DNA of 34,756 nucleotides from contig KZ987738.1 in NCBI GenBank assembly GCA_003614145.1, forward strand, positions 1 to 34,756, given 5' to 3'. The translations under genes and the position numbers were made by a program. Below the pieces are notes generated by a model. That model saw only the letters and a list, made by a program, of their open reading frames with translations. It searched no databases and had not been told where the DNA came from. Every line of letters starts with the position of its first letter. The stretch's first letter is position 1. Of this stretch, positions 9,832 to 21,646 are shown one piece after another. The stretch is from Piptocephalis cylindrospora. Lineage: Eukaryota.

Positions 9832-11703
9832 ATGCTTCCCTCCAGCTCGACCCATAATAATCCTATTCACTGGATCTGCAGCTATGGTCCGATACTTTGC
9901 TTTGTTCTCCTCATAGCTTTGCCTAGTCTTCAGACTACAACAGAGGCCGCCCCCTTTCCGGGCTCGATCAAGATCCCAAAGATAAAGTCTACTTCTCAGG
10001 TAAGTGGATCGCATGTTCACATCAGTGGCTCATCAACCAAGAAGGTAAACCGCTCCCCTAGCGAAAATATTCATCCTTACTCTCGACCACCATCTTCTCC
10101 CTCCTCAATGCATTCCGAATCGGATCATCATACACAGGGTTCTGCCCCTCGTACCGGTGTCCTTGGTCATACAGCCACTTCCACTAAGTCGGCTCACTCT
10201 GAGTCTGCTGCCAATAAGGTGTCTGCCTCCTCTCATCCGGTTAATAAGCCATCCGTAACTGCATCAACCCACTCCTCTCCTCCTTCCCCAGCTCAGAACA
10301 CTCCCCCAGCTCCCCTTGTTCCTTCAGTTGCCTCCACCAATGCTCGACAAAACATCTTTTCTACTCCCCCGCCCCCTCTTCCTCCCAAAGTCAGCAATCT
10401 TCTCTTTCCTCCTGTGGGCACTCCTTCCCTTAACCTGGCAAAAAGTCCTGCTCTCCCTCCTCTTGGGGCTGCCTCTCCCCTTCCTGGAACGGTCTCTCAT
10501 CCTCTTGGGGCTGCCCCTCCCCTTCCTGGAACAGTCTCTCATCCTCCTGGAACGGCCCTTCATCCTCCTAGCACAAGTTCTCTAAGTGCCCCCGAATCCC
10601 AGACTGCCATGGAAATACTCAAGGATAAGGGAAAGGCTGGGGTTGGATGGGTAAGCGATCATAAGGCGGCCACACTCTCGACTGCTGCCGGGGTGGCTAC
10701 TATTGGAGGGGCTGCTATTTCCGCTTTTCCCTCAAAGAATCCTAACCAGCCCCCTGCTGAGGAGGCTGGACCCCCGGCTGATGCTTCTGCTCTCGCGGGA
10801 GAGCCCGTCCTTAAGTCAGAGCAAAGTCCTGTGACCTCATCCTCTGGTGGAAAGAACTCTGCGGCCGATGCCACTCTCTCTTCCTCCCCTCAAGGGGCTC
10901 CTGGTCATCCTAGAGTTCGTAGTAATGATCAGCCTGAATCTTCAGGTTCCAGTTCTGAACATGTCCCTGGTCAAGGTGCTCTAAAATCTTCCCAGACTCC
11001 ATCCAAGGAACCTCATGGGATTACCCCGACTGGAGATGCTCCCAAGAAAAACCCTACTGAGGGCCAGAATCCGACTGAGGATAAGAATCCGACTGAGGGC
11101 AAGAAGGCCTCTCCTGAGGGTCAGAATCCGACCGAGAACGAGAAGACCTCTCCCGAGGACAAGAAGGCTCCTGCTGAGGAACAAGGGGCTAGTGAAAAGA
11201 ACAAGAAAACCAAGGATGAAGAACATCTCAACAAGAATGATCCTCACAGTAATGTCAGCGATCTAGGAGAGGCCCCACCCCATCAGCAGGGGGGAGGGGT
11301 GGCCGAGATGATCGCGGCATTTACCACATCCGCCAGCTCATTGTTGGGGGCTGGAAAGGAGGATGAAGGTAAGTCCAAGGCCGCGGATGGGAGTGAGAGC
11401 GCAGCCGATGGAGGCGAGAGCGATGTCGTTAGTGCGGCAGAAGGAGCGAACACTACCTCCACGGACGAGAAGGGGAAGACGACTTCGGTCAAGGGGACCC
11501 TTGAAGGATCCTCTCTCTTTTCCGATGCCGAATCTCAGGAACCCTCCTCTACCAATGCCAATGCCCTTAGTGCTACTGGAACGGAGGCTTCTCCCTCTCC
11601 CTCTACCGCTGCCTCTACCGCCGCCCCTGCCTCTGCTGCTCCTACTCCCAGTGCATCGAGTGTACCGGTCGAAAGATCAAGCATGTTTTTCAACCCTGTC
11701 TAA
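9832..11703 (+). CDS. Orphan secreted or cell-surface Pro/Ser/Thr-rich low-complexity protein (623 aa) with internal tandem repeats
   Basis: Long uninterrupted ORF; the first ATG is 9832 (the track starts at an upstream TTG). Hydrophobic signal ILCFVLLIALPSL followed by a TEA|AP cleavage-like site. Central Gly/Ala hydrophobic segment AATLSTAAGVATIGGAAISAF. No recognised domain. Confidence 0.8.
   Translation: MLPSSSTHNNPIHWICSYGPILCFVLLIALPSLQTTTEAAPFPGSIKIPKIKSTSQVSGSHVHISGSSTKKVNRSPSENIHPYSRPPSSPSSMHSESDHHTQGSAPRTGVLGHTATSTKSAHSESAANKVSASSHPVNKPSVTASTHSSPPSPAQNTPPAPLVPSVASTNARQNIFSTPPPPLPPKVSNLLFPPVGTPSLNLAKSPALPPLGAASPLPGTVSHPLGAAPPLPGTVSHPPGTALHPPSTSSLSAPESQTAMEILKDKGKAGVGWVSDHKAATLSTAAGVATIGGAAISAFPSKNPNQPPAEEAGPPADASALAGEPVLKSEQSPVTSSSGGKNSAADATLSSSPQGAPGHPRVRSNDQPESSGSSSEHVPGQGALKSSQTPSKEPHGITPTGDAPKKNPTEGQNPTEDKNPTEGKKASPEGQNPTENEKTSPEDKKAPAEEQGASEKNKKTKDEEHLNKNDPHSNVSDLGEAPPHQQGGGVAEMIAAFTTSASSLLGAGKEDEGKSKAADGSESAADGGESDVVSAAEGANTTSTDEKGKTTSVKGTLEGSSLFSDAESQEPSSTNANALSATGTEASPSPSTAASTAAPASAAPTPSASSVPVERSSMFFNPV
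10459..10563 (+). repeat. 42-bp coding tandem repeat (2 full copies plus a half copy), PLGAxxPLPGTVSH
   Basis: cctcttggggctgcc(t/c)ctccccttcctggaac(g/a)gtctctcat at 10459-10500 and 10501-10542 with 2 mismatches; partial copy at 10543-10563. Confidence 0.92.
11050..11178 (+). repeat. 18/21-bp degenerate coding repeats (NPTExx / KxSPExx)
   Basis: aatccgactgag-type units encode KNPTEGQNPTEDKNPTEGKKASPEGQNPTENEKTSPEDKKAPAEE. Confidence 0.85.
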
Positions 11704-12821
11704 TGATCAAGGGACGTATGGCTATTGAACGACTAACCGTGCGTGGAGCTAGCATATACGTGAATATGATGATCCCCCTCTTTTCTTTCTCCATCCTTCC
11801 TCTACTCATGTTTTTTGCTTTGCTTTACTTGCCTTTTCCTGCACTTTGCTCTGACGCATACATTTGCACTAGCTTAGAGTGTTTGAACCTATTTAACTAT
11901 ATCCCCATTCCTCTCTTTATGTGCATTTCATTTTAGAAATGACCCCTTTTTAAAGTTCTGAATTTATCTCTAGCCAAATTATTTATCCATGCGCGTTTTT
12001 TCGTGATCGAACGCGTCCCTTGACGAAAAGTCTACCTCTTTGACCCGTCAACCCTGAAATTCATACTGGAGGGTGCGTGTGAGGGGGAGGGGGAGGGGAA
12101 GGGGCACATACTGTATGCGGTCAGCGGCGTTCAAGTGTGCTTCTGTCTCCCTCTCCCTCTCCATACTTTAATGTGAATTTATCCTCTACTCAATTCATAG
12201 ACACACATTATTGAATCTTATACAAGCCTTTGATTACACTACCCAGAGCAAGGGTCATCGCATCTCACACTTACAAATGGGCCTTTACCCCTCATTCTTG
12301 CATAGAGGGGAGACAGCCCGTCACCTCAGCAGCACTACATCCGCTAAAAAACCCCCTACGCTCTCGCCGCAAATCTCTCTACCCAGCCACAGCATCCCCT
12401 CCGCTCTTCCCTCTCTCACCCTGCCATTCCCTCCCCCTGCCTAGAGTGTGTCGATACGCTTGGGAGGAGTGAGAGAGACCTAGCCAAGCCCAGCCCACCA
12501 GTCTGGAGGCCCCCATAGCCCCCTCACTCTTCATCTCTCTCTCCCTCCATTCCCCCCTCCGCTAGCGCGCAGCCACGATTTAAAAGCACCGCCCTCCTCT
12601 CTCCCTGTTGTTTCCACCTCCTCCCCCCGTCCTCCCAGTACCCTTCACTCTCTTCCACCCCCTTCCCCCCTCTCCTCCTCTCCCCGCTCATCTTTTCATC
12701 ATTCATTCTCCCTTGGATCTTTGGTCCTTTTTCCGTCGTTGATCTTGTTAACTGATTCGCGTCCTGCCCCCTTGTCCTCTTCCTCCCCATCCTCGACTTC
12801 CCTCTCTGACGCCACTCGACC

Positions 12822-15800
12822 ATGGACGGTAGTTTGGGTGAAATCCTCAGTAACACGCTCTCTCCTGGTAGGTCCTTTTAGGCTACTTTGCACATCTCGC
12901 CTCACCCCAAATACTCATCCTTCTCTCCTTCCTAGTTCAAGAGACGCGGCAAAATGCCACCCAGCGTCTCGAACAGGCTGCCAAAGAAAACTTTGTACGT
13001 CTCTTCCTCCCCTTCCCTTTTCTTCTCTTTTCTTATCCGGCTCACCTCCTCCCCTTCGCCCTCTTCTTCTTCCTTAGCCCGAGTTTGTCTCAGCCCTTTC
13101 CACCGTCCTCTCGAAGGAGGATGCGCCTGAAAGTGTACGTAACGCCGCTGGTCTTGTTTTAAAAAACACCCTGTCGGCTCAGGATTATACCCGGTATGAG
13201 GAGCAAAAGGCTCGATGGTTTTCCTTGGATCCATCACTTCGATCTCAAGCCAAGGCTATGGTAAGTTTTTTCTTTATTCAGTTGGTGTCTATGTCTAGCA
13301 TGTACGCTTTACGCCGCCGAGAGTAAAGATGTCTTCATCCGTATCTCATCTCTACCCCTCCTCCTCCTCCTCCTCCTCCTCCTCCTTCTCCTCTTATACA
13401 ACCCGCAGACTCTTCAAACTCTTCACTCTCCAGTGTCATCGGCACGTCGTGTGGCGGGTCAGGCTGTTGCAGAGATGGCAAGAGTGGAGCTCCCGGAGAA
13501 CCAGTGGCCCGAGCTTATCCCCGTCCTTCTGGCCAATGTCAACGAATCTCCCGCAGAGGCCGTGGGCCTCAAGGACGCCACCATTCAGGCCATTGGGTAC
13601 CTGTGTGAATCCGTCTCGGACGCCGTCCTCTCTCCCCATCTCAACTCCATCCTCACTGCCGTGGTTCGGGGCATTGCCTCGGACCAGGAGGCCTCAGTCC
13701 AGTACTCTGCCCTCACCGCCCTTTACAATGCCTTTCCTTTCATTGAGTCCAACTTTACCCGGGAACATGAACGTAACTACATCATGCAAGTGGTGTGTGA
13801 GGCCACCCAACACCCTTCTCCCACTGTCAAGATTGCCGCCTTCTCTAACCTTGTTCGGGCCATGCAACTCTACTACGCCTACATGTCCCCATATATGCAA
13901 AAGGCCCTCTTTGGCCTCACTATCCAGGGCATGCAATCCGAGGAGGAGGGCGTGGCCCTTCAAGCCATCGAATTCTGGGCCACTGTGTGTGATTGTGAGT
14001 ACGACTTGGATCTCGATGCTCAGGAAAGGGCATTGGCCGGGGAGGATGGCTCAGGCGAAGGAGGGGAGGGAGTGCAGAATTATCGATTTGCTGCCCAGGC
14101 CTACGGTGATATCGCCACCGTTCTCCTTTGGCTCCTAACCCAACAGGACGAAGATGCCGATGAGGATGAATGGGGTAAGGCCATGGCCGCCGCCACTTGT
14201 CTCTCCCTCTTTGCCAATACCATCCACGACGCCGCTGTTCCACCTGTCGTTAGCTTTGTCGAGACTAACATCCAGTCCAGTTCCTGGAATCTACGGGAGG
14301 CCGCAGTCATGGCGTTTGGCTCCATCCTCGAAGGTCCCACCCCGGAGAGGCTGGCTTCCCTGGTCAATGATGCATTGCCTCTCCTGGTTTCCATGGTCCA
14401 GGATCCGGTGGTAGCAGTCAAGGATTCGGCGGCCTGGACCCTGGGTCGGGTGTGTGAGCACATGATGCGTCAGCTGGACCCCAATAGTCAGGTCCCCCCT
14501 GTAGTCGGGGCCCTCATCCAAGGTTTAGGCGATTCCCCCAGGGTCTCCACCAACTGCAGTTACGGCATCATGTGCCTAGCCGATAGCCTCTCGCACATCT
14601 CCTCCGATGCCGCCAAGGAGCATGGGGGGAGGAGTGAAAGGGCTTGGGCCCTTACCCCATTCTACGAGTCCCTCCTCACAGCCCTCTCCGCTGTGTGTGA
14701 TCGGCCTGGGAATGAGGGGAACTGTCGAACCGCGGCCTTTGAGGCCATTGCTGCCCTTGTCCGTGGGGCCCCAGATTCCACCGTAAACCTCCTCGCCACC
14801 GTCCTGACCTCCATGCTCGGCCGTCTGGATGGGTCTGTGGAACGGGGCACCGCCCAGGTGGTGGGGATGGATGATCGCCTAGCCCTTCAGGACCTTCAAT
14901 CCTCCTTGTGTGGTGTCATCTCTGAAGTGACCCGTCGTGTCGGTGGGGACCTTGGGGAAAGTGGGGCAGATCGGGTCATGCACTCCCTCCTCGCCCTCAT
15001 TCGGTCCATCACCCCTGCCGATGCCTTTGATCAGGCCGATCAGGCTGGAAACAAAATTTCCACCGAGGGTGCTAGTCCCTCCAACAAGGACACCTTTTCC
15101 TCTCCGGTCATGGAGGATGCCATGCTCGCCGTTGGATCTGTCATCCAAGGAGTTGGTCCGGGATTTTCCAGGTATCTCGATTCCTTCCTTCCCATCCTTT
15201 ACTCGGCCCTGCATCACTGGAAGGATCTGGAGCTTTACCGAATTGCCGTGGGCCTTGTGGGAGATCTGAGTAGGGCCCTGGGTCCTGGGCTTTCTGTGGC
15301 TTCGGATGCCCTGATGAGCCTACTCATGCAAGCCTTGGCCTCCCCCATGGTCGATGGGTCCGTCAAGCCTTCCATCCTGGCAGTCTTTGGTGTTGTGGCC
15401 CTTGCCCTCGGTGCTCTCTTTGAGCCCTACCTGGATACTGTGATGATCTCTGCCCTGCAAGGCGCCTCCACCTTCCCCTCTTCTTATGATGATCCGCTTC
15501 AGGTGGCGTACGCCTGTGAGGTCAGGGAGGCCCTGATTGAGTGCCTCACTTCAGTCCTCCAGGGTCTGCGAGGGGATGGTAAGGCGGCCCTTCTCCAGAA
15601 TTATATCTCAGCCTGGTTCAACTGGTTGAAGCAACTGACTCAGGAGCCCCCCTCTTCCCCTACCCGTACCTCCGAGATCCTCTACGGGGTTGTTGGTCTT
15701 CTTGGGGACATTGCCGAGGCCTTCCCCCGGGGCGAGGTCTCCTCCCTACTCTCCCAACCCTGGGTGGACCAATGGATCCGGGAGGCTCGTGCCTTCCGCG

Positions 15801-15886
15801 ATCCCCAGGGTCTGTACAAGTCCAAACGGGACATGATCCGATGGTCCCGAGAGATGGTCAAGCGGGCTCGGCAGCCCACTGCTTGA
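12822..15886 (+). CDS. KAP95: Importin beta-1 / karyopherin Kap95. Exons 12822-12867, 12936-12994, 13078-13260, 13409-15886
   Basis: Spliced N-terminus MDGSLGEILSNTLSPVQETRQNATQRLEQAAKENF...RNAAGLVLKNTL. HEAT-repeat signatures ELPENQWPELI, ERNYIMQVVCEATQ, LQAIEFWATVCD, the acidic loop DEDADEDEW, REAAVMAFGSILEGP and VKDSAAWTLGRVCE. Confidence 0.97.
13357..13386. repeat. (CCT)10 microsatellite in KAP95 intron 3
   Basis: Direct reading of the cct run. Confidence 0.9.
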
Positions 15887-16076
15887 TCCTGGGATGGCGT
15901 GGTGAAGAGAGGGTTGTCGTAATGGGATAGGGAGTGAAATGGGATCGTCCTCCCTATCCATTCAATCATTCTCCTCTCTCGCCATGACGGCCCTACAACC
16001 TCCCGCGAAACCAAATCAAACCAACCACCCTGCACTACCCACCCTACCTTTCCAACCCCCCTCCCCCTTACACACT

Positions 16077-16100
16077 ACACACACACACACACACACACAC
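16077..16100. repeat. (AC)12 microsatellite in the KAP95 3' region
   Basis: Direct reading of the ac run. Confidence 0.92.
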
Positions 16101-16467
16101 CCAATCTTTCTACACTACCCACCCTATGCTTGTCCCCTTTTACACTTTCTGCACTCAGTATCCTTTCCCCTTCCCCCCCTTCCCTACCTCCCCTTCCCCT
16201 TTCATCTTATCCTCCCCTCTATCTTCCTCTTGCCGATCCCCCACCCCCTCCCCCCTCTCTTTTCCAGGTTGATCGATGGATCTTTCTTTTCCACTGGCGT
16301 GACTTTTTCTCTTTTTTGTTTCCCCTTTGGTAAACCCAATTACGCATCCTACGTTCACAATCATTCCTGTAGTAACCAAGACTGCATTCATTAATGTCTG
16401 GGGAAGAGAAGAAAAAGTACATTATGGCGCATCCATCTTGCCAATGGGAAATAGAGCATAAAGGTTC

Positions 16468-17174
16468 CTAGAGGTGTAACTCCAGCTAATGCCGATTTAC
16501 AAAGTAAAAAGAAGATCAGCCCATGTTCATCCATTTTCCCTTTCATCATCCAGACCCGATGCTTACAAATTGAAAGGCTGTGGATTGAGGATCGACAAAG
16601 ACCATGCCTACATGCTTGTACACCCGAGCATTCTCCTCATCCACCCACTTTCTCGCTCGCTTGATGGCCTGTACCGATGGTTGGTAAGATAGGATGAGTG
16701 GGGTACTTTGAAAAGCCATTTCCTAGTATAATCACTTACCCGGTCATATCGAGACGGAAAGAGAGATGTGGTAAGATAGAGCGTAAGGAAAGTAAAGATG
16801 CTCTCGACAATAGATAGCATGGTCACCTCCCCGGCCTCTCGCAGTCGATCGTTGATCCCGCTGATTGTGGTAAGGAGCTGCTCGTGGGTCAAACGACCCT
16901 CGAGTTCGGACGGGAAGGTTTCCGAGAAGCGAATGACCTCACCCTGGGACCAGTCCCTTGGGATATGGAGGATTTTCACTGGGTCTTGACCTGGGTCCAA
17001 AAGTGCATTAGTCCTCTGCTGCTGCGGATTAGAGATTGAGGCCTGCTGTGCCATGGACATTGGCCTCGAAGACCATAACGTGGGCTGTTCGAGGGTTTGG
17101 TACCCAGGGGCTATAGGGGCGGAGGTTTGGCCTGTACCTGAGGGGAAAAATGAGTCTAAGCCTGGTCTTGGCAT
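16468..17174 (-). CDS. ERF4: Erf4/Shr5/GOLGA7(GCP16)-family accessory subunit of the Ras palmitoyltransferase. Exons 17174-16740, 16668-16567, 16485-16468
   Basis: HIPRDWSQGEVIRFSETFPSELEGRLTHEQLLTTISGINDRLREA...FLTLYL...WVDEENARVY...VDPQSTAFQFLELHL* matches the Erf4/Golgin-A7 domain pattern. Two GTAAG-AG introns. Confidence 0.88.
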
Positions 17175-17905
17175 GGATGATGATGATATGACGATGATGA
17201 TGATTAGGAGGCACGGAGGGGAGTAAGGACAAAGTGAAAGTCCAGGGTCTTGCTGGAGAAATGGCACACGGATAGATTTGAATCTCCGGGGCGATGGGAA
17301 GGTGTAATGTCACTGCCAATGGGACATGTATGGGGTGAGGACTAGAGTGAACCGGGGTTCAAATCTGATCGAATGTAAGGAAATTTTCTACCTAAAAAGT
17401 GGAAAAAGTATAATCGTTTACAATATATTCTCTCCACCAGATCTAATTGATCTCAAGGAGGTCACCTATTCGGTGTTGTTCTAAGATATTGAGAACGGTA
17501 TGTAGGCTGACAGAATGATGCGTTCGTATTACCTATTAAGAACTTCATCTCAGCATCTCAAAGGGATACATGCCATGTCTTCTCCTGCATATCTGCCATG
17601 GCTGAACACCACCGCCAAGCTCTTGCATAGGCCCATGCTCCATTATCATCTACACCTTCATTTTCCTCCATGGAGGTTTCCGCTTTATTTCATGCATATT
17701 GTCCAGACCAGGGCTAGGTCATGCTTGTAGTGCCCATGCCTAATATGTGAATGCTGTCAGGGACATCCGTGGGTCCGAGACCGAGGAAATTTCCTACCAA
17801 AGACATGACATGCCACTACAGCTTAATCCAAAAGAAAATGGTTATCTATATCTCTCTCTCACCCCACCCCACCCCATCCCACCCCACCTCCACCCAAGAT
17901 CCATC

Positions 17906-19571
17906 TCATGCCTCAATGCACCATACCTCCATCTTCTGGGATTGTCCCCCATGAGAACAGGCATACACTTCCTTGGCTACATCATAATCTTCCTGATCGT
18001 ACATCGTCACTAGCTGACCATCCTCATCCCGGTATCTGAGCCGACTGAGTTTCCGAGTGGAGCCTCGATCTCCCGAACCAAATTTATCCTGGACCCGGCC
18101 AAGGACATGAGTGAAGGGCAGAGCCTCGGGGACGAGAAGCACTCGGATCTCATCCCGGAGATGGCACTTGAGCTTAAGCATTCCCATGGGCACAGTGGCA
18201 GATGCTGCTTGTAACCCTTCTCCCCCTCCTCTGGAGGTGTGAGAGGAACCCGAGGCAGTCTCGGTCATGAACCTAGGGGTACTGGGACTTGGAGAAGGAA
18301 AGCCTCCGGGGGAGGAGGGGCTAATGGATCGGCCGCTGCTAGCTGATTCCGGCCCGAGGGTTCCACGTAGACCGGAAGTATTAATCCGTAGATGACTACC
18401 GGGGTCTGTGGGACGTCGGGGAAATGTCGGGGTACGGGGCGAAGGGGAGCCCGGGGGCGCTGGGGACTTTCCTCGGGGAAGGACGCTTAATTCGGCGGCC
18501 GTGGCCCTTCTCCCAGGATGGTAGTAGTCCTCATGGTAGGCAGAGCCGGCGTAGGAGGAGTAGAGTGAGTCAGTTTCTACGCTCTCATTCTCCTCCTCCC
18601 CCCCATTCTGGGTATTTCGACGGGGAAAGGACTTGGGGTATCGGCCCGTGGGGGTGGATGGGGTCGGGCTCCATGGGGCGGAACCTCCCATAGTGGGGAA
18701 GGGGTAGCCAGGAGAGGCGGGTAATCCTGGAGTCCCCGGCTGACCATGGAAGGGGGAGGAGGAGGAAGAGGAAGAGGAGGATGGGGCTCTAGGGATGGGA
18801 CCGGTGGTTTTTGCAGCCAAGGCCCTTCGATCAGCGGCTCCCTTGAATCCCACGTGGGTGTCCCGTTCATCGACAGCAGCAATGATCTTGGAATTGCCCA
18901 GGTAATCTACCCTCTTGGCATTCTTGACCTTGTCCCCAGATGGACGGAACAGTCGGCCGGCGGGAAGACCAAAGACCTGACAGGACTTCCAATCCCCCGA
19001 GGCAGCCTGATCAATGATATCATGAGTCATGACCTGCTTTTCATTTCTTGCCGTTTCCATATCCTTGATTCCCAAGTCCTCATCACCCATCTGCAAGTAG
19101 CAGAGACCCCGATTAAAGAGGATCTCACAGGAATAGAGCTTGAATGCTAGGCCCAGCTGGGTGTAATCGATAAAAAGATTGCCTCTGAGGTACTATGAAT
19201 CAGTGGGGAGCGGTGGGCGAGGATGAGCTTGCAGGATCAGTTTGCCCGCCCTCCTCCTATCGCATCAAGATACGTACGAGTAATGCATCGTTAAAATCAT
19301 CAAATGCAGCTTCCCAGTCCCCCAAGGCTACATTGGATACACCTTTTTGAAAGTAGGCTATGGCAAAATACTGATCTAGGTAGAGGGAGGCAATGTATGA
19401 TTTAATAGCGGATTCATGATCGCCAGCGGCCGCCAAGATAACGCCAATGTTGAAGTGAATCTTTGCGGAATCCGCAATGGTTTCCAAGAGATCCAGAGCC
19501 GTATTGAAATCTTCCTGGTCGTAGGCTTCTACGGCGAGGTTCCATTGTTCGAGGGTAGCCTTCAAGGCCAT
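17906..19571 (-). CDS. noxR: NADPH oxidase regulator NoxR (p67phox-like; N-terminal TPRs, C-terminal PB1). Exons 19571-19278, 19192-17906
   Basis: IADSAKIHFNIGVI...LDQYFAIAYFQKGVSN...FNDALLYLRGNLFIDYTQLGLAFKLYSCEILFNRGLCYL, activation region LFRP..KVKN..DYLG, and PB1 domain LKLKCH...LRYRDEDGQLVTMYDQED...MEVWC. Confidence 0.96.
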
Positions 19572-19718
19572 GATGATGGGAGGATGGGAGAAGATGGGAT
19601 GAAGTGGAATGAGATGGGATGGGTGGAGAGGAAGAGGAAGGAAAGCAAAAATAGGGGGAATAGAGAGACGCAGGGATGCGGATGGTTGGTTAGGGGTCGG
19701 GAAAAGAAAGAATGCCCA

Positions 19719-19772
19719 NNNNNNNNNNNNNNNNNNNNNNNNNNNNNNNNNNNNNNNNNNNNNNNNNNNNNN
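19719..19772. other. Assembly gap (54 N) in the noxR 5' leader or promoter
   Basis: Run of n characters flanked by purine-rich (plus strand) low-complexity DNA. Confidence 1.
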
Positions 19773-20586
19773 CAAGTGATCAGAGAGCAAGGGGTGATTG
19801 GGCAAGGAGAGAGAAAGAGAAGGGGGGAGGGAGGGGAGAAATGAGGATGACAAAGGCAAACGGAAATGGAAACTAAAAGAAAAGGGACATATCCCCGATG
19901 GTGGTGTTTGAAAGAGCGGACGATAAAGCTCAAGTATAGGGATAAGACAGAGGTCAAACGCAGGAAGATGAAAGGCGGCTTCCCTGACCGGGCCGACAAG
20001 GGTCATACACAAAGACAGCTTGGGTTGACTTAGCTGGGCTGAGTTTGGCGATGTAGCTATGGTTCGCTTATATCCCCAAAAATAGGGCAGCCAACTGGAG
20101 ATCTCTAACCTGGTTGCCCTTGGGTTGAGATGGGGTTAAGGATCAATACCTAGGGGATGATTGACAGGTCTCCCCCCCTAGTCTGTGTGCTAGGGGTGGA
20201 GTGAAGCAGATGGGGTGTAATCAAGTGCGTCTTGTCAAACACACTTCATTTACCCCCTGGGGCAACAGGTGTGTGTATGTATGTGCTTCCATCCTCACAC
20301 TTGCCATACTGGTATCTCCCCCACAGACTTACCTCTGAGATGGAATGTACTGCGAATGCCTCCCAAAATTCGACACGGTAATTCGGAGAATTTCATGAAA
20401 ATTCCTTCCTTCTTTTTCACTGCCTATTCCATCCCGGAATCACCATCCTATCCTCCCAGTACAGCCCCGTCTTAAAAGTCCAACCGTCTTCACTCGGTCA
20501 TCAAGCAGTGCAGGACAACAACCACACCCACCTCTTCCTCCATTCTCCTCGTACACCACGACGCGCGTGAATACGCTTCCTCCTCA

Positions 20587-21646
20587 ATGTCCTTGACGCG
20601 TCTACGTCCCCTTGCCCTTCGGGCCAGCCGGTCCTTCTCCGTCTCTGCCACCCCCTGCTTTCGCAAGGGTTCGGGACGGGGAAAGGACAATGAGAAGGGG
20701 GAAGGGGGGAAGGAGGAAGACATTGACTGGGACAGCGTCAATGTCAAAGATGCCGTTGGCAAGTTCCTCCGTAGGTCCCCCCCCGCTCAGCCAGTCCCCT
20801 TTCCTAGCCAAATCAATTACATTGGCAATCTGAGGGATGACCAGGCCCTGGATGGGTCCCAACTCAATACCTATGGTCTTGCTATCATGGAACAGGCCGA
20901 GGAAGTGGTCAAGTACCAGGAACTTGAGGAGGGAGAATTTCCTCTCTTGGCCCGTACGTAGTCGCTCGTCTTCTCTGGTCCATGTGTTGAGCGTGGAAAT
21001 GATGACGCTAGATCCATACTCACACTTCATCTCCTCTTAGAATTCGCCCAGCCTTACCAGCCCCCCAAGGAATCAGCTATCCTTCGGATCAGGACCATTG
21101 ATTATCTTGGCGAGAAGCATCCGTTGGAGTACAAGGTCGTTCTTCAGGTTTCCCCCTCCAAACTGGGACTTACACCGACCCAGCTGCACAAGTTTCTCAT
21201 TCTTGCCGGTCCCAGGTACGATCCTATCCGGAAAGAGCTCAAGATTTCTAGTGAGCGCTATCAAAACCGTACCATGAACCTCAAGTGGGCCTCAAACACC
21301 CTGGATCGGTTGATTGCCGAGGCCAAGGTGAGAGTGGATTGACGGGCTGGTGATATTGGGCTGAATGATCATGGCTCACTCCCCACACCCACCTTCACAG
21401 GACCCCAAGGAGACCTTTGCTGATGTTCCATTGACTTTCCCCCATTCCAAGCCCAAACCCTCCTATCCCTTCCCCAGTGAATGGCGCATGAGTAAGGGGG
21501 AAGCTGAGGAGCTCAAGGAGTCATGGAAGGCGATTGAGGAGGAGCAGCTGGTTGAGACGACGGAGATGGAGGGTGAAGGTGAGGTCAAGGTAGAGGAGCA
21601 ACAGCTTCCATCCTCCGATGGTCCCTCCTCTCCCCAGGCATCGTAA
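20587..21646 (+). CDS. RSM24: Mitochondrial ribosomal small-subunit protein Rsm24 (mS35). Exons 20587-20953, 21041-21327, 21401-21646
   Basis: Presequence MSLTRLRPLALRASRSFS, then FAQPYQPP...YLGEKHPLEYKVVLQV..LGLT..QLHKFLILAGPRYDP...LKISSERY...NLKWASNTLDRLIAEAKDPKETFADVPL, the fungal Rsm24 signature. Confidence 0.94.

Noticed and set aside
10459..11178. Tandem repeats considered as a CRISPR-like array or mobile element
   Set aside because: Units are multiples of 3, in frame, adjacent without unique spacers, and no cas or transposase gene is present.
13329..14138. 269-aa alternative-frame ORF overlapping KAP95
   Set aside because: Starts inside intron 3, runs through the CCT microsatellite and has the Pro/Ser/Arg composition typical of an off-frame reading of GC3-rich code.
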